Source: a virus
Lineage: Duplodnaviria > Heunggongvirae > Uroviricota > Caudoviricetes
Strand: one strand, 5' to 3'
Virus record (IMG/VR): IMGVR_UViG_2711768052_000007
Span: 1-9,795 of that record
Length of the DNA: 9,795 bases
How positions within the stretch are numbered: the first letter of the stretch is position 1; every line of letters begins with the position of its first letter. Shown here piece after piece: positions 5,574 through 9,795 of the stretch. The notes below the pieces were generated by a model. That model saw nothing but the letters and a program-made list of their open reading frames with translations, searched no databases and had not been told where the DNA came from. Position numbers and translations under genes: made by a program.

Positions 5574-6987
5574 ACAGTGGGCGCACGTCATCACCGTCAA
5601 TAGCAATAACGCCATCACCTTCCAGCTTGTACAGCCAGCGCCGGAAGTGTTTCATCTCATACCCCAGCTTTTTCATATCATCGCGCAACAACGGAATTGT
5701 GCATTTATCGCCGCGCTGTGTGCGTGAACGGATACAGCCCCATAGCGCGGCATGATTCTCCGTCTTGTTCCCGGCTTCCTCGATGCGCTCCAGTTCAACG
5801 GGTGGGCGCGGTTTATCCACAACCACCAGCGACGTGATTAACTCCTTGTCAGCGTCGGTAAAAAGCTCCACCACACGTAAATCGTATGCAGCCTCTTTCA
5901 GTTCCTCCGCGTCCTTCATTTTGGTGCAGGAGATAACCAGGGCTTCACTGTCTGCACCTTCACGGCGAATACGGTATTCAGCGTCCAGAGATGCACGAAA
6001 TGCACTGGAACCACGCGCCCCCTTTGTTTCATCCTTGCCGGAATGGTGAACCACCAGCACCGTGGCCCCTGTGCGGCGTTTCAGTTCGTCACATCCACGG
6101 ATAAACGCCCCCATATCCCGCGCGTCATTTTCATCATTACCGCCAAAGCAACGCGCCAGCGTATCAAGAATAATCATGCGTACCGGTTTACCCGTTTCCC
6201 GTTCAACCTGGCGGGAAGCGATGACCATTTCATCAACATCAAGCGGGACTGCCGGAAAAATCGGGCGGTTTACCAGGTACAGATTTTCCACCCGTTCATC
6301 ATTAACGATTTCCCATGCCTTGATACGGCGGGGGACACCAATGCCACCTTCACCGACAACATACATCACCGAACCATGCGCCACCCTGCGGCCTCCCCAG
6401 TGACGGCCAGTGGCAACATGACACGCCCAGGAACACGCGAGGAACGATTTATAGGAACCGCTCGCGCCGTATGTGCTGCACAATGAATTAGCCGGAATCA
6501 CGCCCTTAACGACATAATCAAGCTGTGTGTCGTACCCTGCAGATCCAATGCTCATTGGTAGCGTGGTTTTTCGCTGGCTGTATTGCTCGTCAGTAAGTAT
6601 TTCCCCGCGCTCTGCCTGTTCGCGGATCCGTTGCAGGTAGTCGTGCCAGTTCTCCAGCTTCTGGCTGTGCATTCCATCAGGGTAATAATTCGCATCCCGT
6701 ACACCTGCCGCCGCCAGCTTTTGCCCGATAGCATTAATATTTGACGGCTTGATGTGGCCTGCCTTGTACAGCCGGACACAATAGCGACCATCGTCGATGA
6801 TTTTCAGGTCTGCCAGTTCGTCAAGCTGGCTGTCTCCAAGCCATACGGGTGGCACGTTGTCGCCAGCAAGTCGCCCGTCCTGTTCCTGCCATTGTTTCGC
6901 GTGCGCCCAGGCATCACTACCCGCAAAAATAATGACTTCGGTCATTTTGTCGTGTGGCTGTTTTTTTAAGTTCGGTGCCAGTTTCAT
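5572..6987 (-). CDS. Replication initiator / helicase-type ATPase (RecA-like P-loop NTPase with C-terminal winged-helix)
   Basis: 471 aa with a Walker A-like YGASGSYKSF, then MIILDTLAR and VLVVHHSGKDETKG blocks typical of RepA/DnaB-like satellite and plasmid replication ATPases. The C-terminus looks like a DNA-binding domain. The start ATG overlaps the upstream stop (ATGA). Confidence 0.75.
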   Translation of the reverse strand: MKLAPNLKKQPHDKMTEVIIFAGSDAWAHAKQWQEQDGRLAGDNVPPVWLGDSQLDELADLKIIDDGRYCVRLYKAGHIKPSNINAIGQKLAAAGVRDANYYPDGMHSQKLENWHDYLQRIREQAERGEILTDEQYSQRKTTLPMSIGSAGYDTQLDYVVKGVIPANSLCSTYGASGSYKSFLACSWACHVATGRHWGGRRVAHGSVMYVVGEGGIGVPRRIKAWEIVNDERVENLYLVNRPIFPAVPLDVDEMVIASRQVERETGKPVRMIILDTLARCFGGNDENDARDMGAFIRGCDELKRRTGATVLVVHHSGKDETKGARGSSAFRASLDAEYRIRREGADSEALVISCTKMKDAEELKEAAYDLRVVELFTDADKELITSLVVVDKPRPPVELERIEEAGNKTENHAALWGCIRSRTQRGDKCTIPLLRDDMKKLGYEMKHFRRWLYKLEGDGVIAIDGDDVRPL

Positions 6988-7283
6988 TTTTTACCCCTGA
7001 ATGCGTTAATCATGTTTTTCATTTTCTGAATATTTGCCCGTGCCTTTGCGTTGCTGGTGGGCTGTTTGCGTGGTGTGGCCTGTATCAGTGAAAAATCACG
7101 CCGGAACTGATAAACAGGCATCACGCAGTCATAACCGTACCCATCACGGCGGTAAGTAACGCACCGTCCCGCCACGCTTTTAATCGTTACCGTGCCGCCG
7201 TAGTTATCCCGGAAAATATCGCCGGGGCGGATTTCAGGCCGAGCGGGGCCGCTGGCAGTAAAGCCAGAATTTTTCTTTTTCAT
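6984..7283 (-). CDS. Hypothetical protein (99 aa, basic C-terminal tail), translationally coupled to the rep gene
   Basis: ATG at 7283 is preceded by AGAGGA. No family recognised. Confidence 0.5.
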   Translation of the reverse strand: MKKKNSGFTASGPARPEIRPGDIFRDNYGGTVTIKSVAGRCVTYRRDGYGYDCVMPVYQFRRDFSLIQATPRKQPTSNAKARANIQKMKNMINAFRGKK

Positions 7284-7288
7284 GGTTT

Positions 7289-7498
7289 TTATTCCTCTGC
7301 GCGGGTCTTGTCGTGTATTTCCATAACCGCGTTTAATTCATCAATAACCGGGGTTAACAGAGTGCTGAAAGCAGAAAATAAATCCCCCCCCCGTTCGGCA
7401 TGAACTTCGGTTAATTTAATTAATACCGCTTTCATTTCCAGTGCCCGGTTTAATGCATTCTCAGAATGAATAAGAACATCGAAAGGGATTTTATCCAT
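7289..7498 (-). CDS. Hypothetical small helical protein (69 aa) containing a G10 homopolymer
   Basis: ATG at 7498 overlaps the upstream gene end by 8 nt. A run of 10 C (plus strand 7383-7392) lies inside the ORF. No family recognised. Confidence 0.4.
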   Translation of the reverse strand: MDKIPFDVLIHSENALNRALEMKAVLIKLTEVHAERGGDLFSAFSTLLTPVIDELNAVMEIHDKTRAEE

Positions 7499-7957
7499 GG
7501 CTTACATCCTCCGTGAATTTTCTTCTGTACCGTGCCTCTGCCACATATTCAGCATAGTCCGACGCAATAATAAGAATATCGTTGCCGGTTCCTGAATGTT
7601 CAGCGGTTCCAATTAAAAAACATGCGGCCTTTATCAGGTCATTAACAGCCAGCAACGCATCGCCTGTATCATCCGGTGCGCCATCAAATTCCTGTTTCAG
7701 GGCATTAAAACGATCATCACGCATAACCCCCCCCCATTTTCACAATCAGCAATCAGGATGGCTTTGGCCTCATTCAGTGCCATATCAGCGGTAAGCTGTG
7801 CGTAGGCCAGCGAATGGGGGATTATTGCCCCTGTATACTCCGGCTCTCTGGTAATGTGTTTTTCTGCGGTTGCTGCCGTGCATGAAATATCAATCAGCGC
7901 GTGCATCAGCGTAGTGAGCGCGGCGGCTGCTGCGTCCGGACGTGGGTTATTGCACAT
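7491..7957 (-). pseudogene. Hypothetical protein split into two ORFs at a G9 homopolymer (frameshifted or phase-variable)
   Basis: ATG at 7957-7955 has a strong RBS (AGGAGGT, 5-nt spacer). The frame runs to a stop at 7699-7697 just after the G9 tract (plus-strand C9 at 7727-7735). The 77-aa ORF 7491..7724 continues in the +1 frame, and one extra G would fuse both into about 157 aa. Confidence 0.4.
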
Positions 7958-8249
7958 GGCGCACCTCCTGACGAATACGGGCGGCGAATACAGCGACACA
8001 ACCGGACGGGCAACGGTTACGCGCTTCGCGTTCTGTCCATGCGGTGACGTGGATGATTTGAGATTCTCCGGCACTCAGTGCCAGAAAACGCCACACAAAG
8101 GCCGTTTGTGTGTGCGCTAGGCGTGGGGTATGCTGTGTTCCAGCCATAATCGTTACCTCGTTTAACGGTTTGGTTAGAAGCCCCGTTACTGCTCCAACAG
8201 TGCGGGGCTTCGTCGTTTCAATTGCTGAATTGCATGTATCAGCCCTTGT

Positions 8250-8316
8250 GGTATTCAGATTACATTTTGGTGAATACCATTTCAAGTCTTTTTTGGTATT
8301 CACTTTTGTATTACAC
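8250..8316. promoter_or_regulatory. Operator-like repeats GGTATTCA(C) upstream of the ribbon-helix-helix gene
   Basis: GGTATTCA at 8250-8257; a perfect 9-bp inverted pair GTGAATACC (8270-8278) and GGTATTCAC (8295-8303); a degenerate copy GTATTACAC at 8308-8316. A candidate -10 TATTAAT lies at 8327-8333. Confidence 0.35.
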
Positions 8317-8346
8317 TGCATCCCGTTATTAATCGGAGGTGCAAAC

Positions 8347-8652
8347 ATGTCCACGAGTTCTGTTAACAATAAGTCACAGCAACTGAATGCCAGATTTCCA
8401 CATGAAGTAGTGAGTGGCATTGAGGCATCCCTACAGCCAGGGGAAACTAAAGCGAATTTTATAGTTACGGCTGTACGCGGTGAGATCGCCCGCCGCCAGG
8501 CAGAAGGAAGCGGAGAAAATCCCCTGGTTTCTTCGCTCGATGCACTGGCGCAGGTGGAAAAAATCGGAGTCAAAGCAGCCGAGGAGATCGGGCAACTCGT
8601 CACCGTCGCGCGTGAAGAACTCCAGCGCCGCAAGGCCAAAGAGCAGGAATAG
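8347..8652 (+). CDS. Ribbon-helix-helix (Arc/CopG-like) DNA-binding protein, putative island regulator
   Basis: 101 aa with a strong RBS (GGAGGTG, 5-nt spacer). The N-terminus (QQLNARFPHEVVSGIEASL...ANFIVTAVRGEIARR) fits the beta-strand plus two-helix RHH pattern. It is the only convincing plus-strand gene in the island. Confidence 0.55.
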   Translation: MSTSSVNNKSQQLNARFPHEVVSGIEASLQPGETKANFIVTAVRGEIARRQAEGSGENPLVSSLDALAQVEKIGVKAAEEIGQLVTVAREELQRRKAKEQE

Positions 8653-8656
8653 CCCC

Positions 8657-8675
8657 ACCGGAATTTTTTTCCGGT
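8657..8675. terminator. Hairpin between convergent genes (possible bidirectional terminator)
   Basis: ACCGGAA-TTTTT-TTCCGGT lies 5 bp after the RHH stop and abuts an out-of-frame minus-strand TAA. There is no long U-tract on either side. Confidence 0.3.
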
Positions 8676-9143
8676 TACGCTTTGCCCACCAGCCGCAAAT
8701 GTGGCATTGTTGGTGATGCGTTCAAGTTTGATTTGCCGTAATACCCACTGGCGACCCTTTGCGGTCGCCTTTGTTTTGCCTGTTATCCGGCAATTGTGGC
8801 GCTTCGCCACACGGTTGATATAATCCCACTGCTCAGATTCATTTTTTGCGCAGTAGGTTAATTGTTCGCAAGGGCGCTCCGGCAACGGGGCGCTTTTTGT
8901 TTTTATTAGTTTGTAGAAAACTGACTCAGAGATAATGCTCATATTCTGATTGCCGTCAGGGGGGTAAGTTAAATTTACTCCCTTTTCATCAAGCATCTGC
9001 AACGCTCTGGCGTTAATAATATTGGTTTCACTCCCGCCAATAAGGCCGGAAATAACCGGAATAATTTCAGCGAAATTTTGCAGATTCTGGTTTTCAGGCC
9101 GAACGAAGCCCCGCCCCTGTACAGGCGTATATCCAGTATTCAT
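8675..9143 (-). CDS. Hypothetical protein with a weak Bro-N/Ant-like motif; C-terminal frame unresolved
   Basis: ATG at 9143. The first 150 residues or so look protein-like, and ISESVFYKLIKTKSAP resembles the SESGLYxLIxRSRKPEA motif of Bro-N/Ant-type proteins. The in-frame ORF has no stop until 7947 and runs antisense through the RHH gene; a TAA in the +1 frame at 8677-8675 is the likely true end. Confidence 0.4.
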
Positions 9144-9195
9144 GGTTAAATCTCTGTATTAGTGGATGGGTGGCGGCTGTGTGCCGCCAGCCTGA

Positions 9196-9384
9196 TTAGT
9201 GAACTGCCTCGCGGCTGTCCTTCCATGCCAGAACTTCGGATAAAGACCAGCCAACGGAACGACCACCGAGTTTACGCCGTGATGGGAATTGTCCAGTCTT
9301 CTCCAGGCGATACCGACATGAGCGGCTCAGGCCTGTAAGTTGCTGACATTCTTTTTCACGTATAAAGCGATCTGTGCTTAACAC
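9196..9384 (-). CDS. alpA: AlpA-family (Xis-like HTH) transcriptional regulator
   Basis: The C-terminal 62 aa (VLSTDRFIREKECQQLTGLSRSCRYRLEKTGQFPSRRKLGGRSVGWSLSEVLAWKDSRE) matches the AlpA pattern. A GTG start at 9384-9382 is preceded by AAGGGGGA. The track ORF's upstream 36 codons are low-complexity and lack an RBS. Confidence 0.7.
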   Translation of the reverse strand: MLSTDRFIREKECQQLTGLSRSCRYRLEKTGQFPSRRKLGGRSVGWSLSEVLAWKDSREAVH

Positions 9385-9680
9385 AATTCCCCCTTTGTTG
9401 TTTCTTAAAGAGTCATTGGGTGGATTATTGGGTTGGGTTGTGTCGGATTGTGTCAGGGTGTTTATGGAATGGCAAACACTGGTGGCGGTCATTTTACAGA
9501 AGTGGGGGTAGTGAGAATAAAAATCCTTTTAATTCATTATGATGTAAAGGCATAAAATTCTGTTTTTACGCCTTTTTTACATGTTTTTAAGAGTGATTCG
9601 CCAATGTACAAAAAGCCAGTAAAACGACTGAAAATCAACTTTTTAGGGTGTCAGTCAGATGATAATCAAGTTTGTTCCAG

Positions 9681-9730
9681 ATTGTTCGCCGTTGTTCGTC
9701 GTGGTGTCTCGTTGTTTCACGTTGTGTCCG
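9681..9730. repeat. Five degenerate direct repeats phased every 10 bp (candidate recombination or regulatory protein binding array)
   Basis: attgttcgcc / gttgttcgtc / gtggtgtctc / gttgtttcac / gttgtgtccg, in non-coding DNA about 300 bp to the right of alpA. All three minus-strand frames hit stops within 60 nt of the window end, so no integrase 3' end is present. Confidence 0.35.
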
Positions 9731-9795
9731 TTCTAAAAAATCGCAAAAAAAATTATATTTCTCTGGCTATTGGCAGTGTGGTTACGTTTTCGTGA

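Larger units (their letters stand above)
1298..9795 (-). mobile_element. Phage satellite-like (PICI-type) island with a minimal lambdoid head/cos module; right end beyond the window
   Basis: Gene content and order on the minus strand: alpA, small regulatory genes, rep plus iteron ori, SSB-like, capsid E-like, D-like, cos, terS-like. Phased repeat arrays sit at both flanks, and the element abuts the chromosomal gene smrA. No integrase, portal, large terminase or tail genes are in the window. Confidence 0.6.

Noticed and set aside
5292-5755. Four overlapping track ORFs (5292..5537+, 5367..5618-, 5464..5727+, 5510..5755+) across the origin
   Set aside because: They lie in the iteron array and translate into repeated peptides (KKWVVKVGS, SPLLLPTF) produced by the DNA repeats. 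None has an RBS, and they overlap the 3' end of rep.
7947-8650. The distal two-thirds of the 398-aa minus ORF, the 8431..8658 minus ORF, and the plus ORFs 8110..8346 and 8480..8716
   Set aside because: Their composition is low-complexity (Ser/Cys/Thr/Arg-rich). They are alternative or antisense frames of the RHH gene, which has a strong RBS and protein-like sequence.
9385-9492. N-terminal 36-codon extension of the alpA ORF from the ATG at 9492
   Set aside because: The extension is low-complexity and has no RBS, whereas the GTG at 9384 has AAGGGGGA upstream and yields a typical AlpA size of about 62 aa.
9604-9795. Plus-strand ORF 9604..9795 (63 aa)
   Set aside because: It is encoded by the 10-bp phased direct repeats, has no RBS and gives a repetitive VVRRGVSLFHVVSVL-type translation; it is most likely non-coding.
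1-9795. CRISPR arrays, rRNA genes, insertion-sequence transposases and integrase
   Set aside because: There are no regularly spaced repeat-spacer arrays, no rRNA-like conserved blocks, and no ORF with transposase or tyrosine-recombinase features in the window.
1298-9795. Classification as a P4-type satellite or as a degraded lambdoid prophage
   Set aside because: A P4-type element would carry sid, psu, delta and a large alpha primase, none of which is present. A deletion remnant of a lambdoid prophage would not place E and D upstream of cos-terS or fuse the head module to a rep/ori/alpA backbone.

Overview
This window looks like an E. coli-type chromosomal segment carrying a compact mobile island that resembles a phage satellite (PICI-like) more than a prophage. 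The complete smrA (ydaL) gene sits at the left edge (1-564, minus strand), followed by about 700 bp of non-coding DNA. From about 1.3 kb to beyond the right edge, almost everything is on the minus strand: an AlpA-family regulator, a small ribbon-helix-helix gene on the plus strand, several small unknown genes, a Rep-type ATPase followed by an iteron-rich origin, an SSB-like gene, and a minimal lambdoid head/packaging module. That module has a lambda E-like major capsid gene, a D-like decoration gene, a lambda-type cos site and a Nu1-like small terminase gene, but no portal, large terminase, protease or tail genes in the window. No integrase, rRNA, tRNA or CRISPR array is present. Three genes show frame problems near homopolymer runs, so the element is either decaying, phase-variable, or the assembly has homopolymer errors. 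All family assignments come from reading the translated ORFs against reference sequences recalled from memory; no database search or computation was run.
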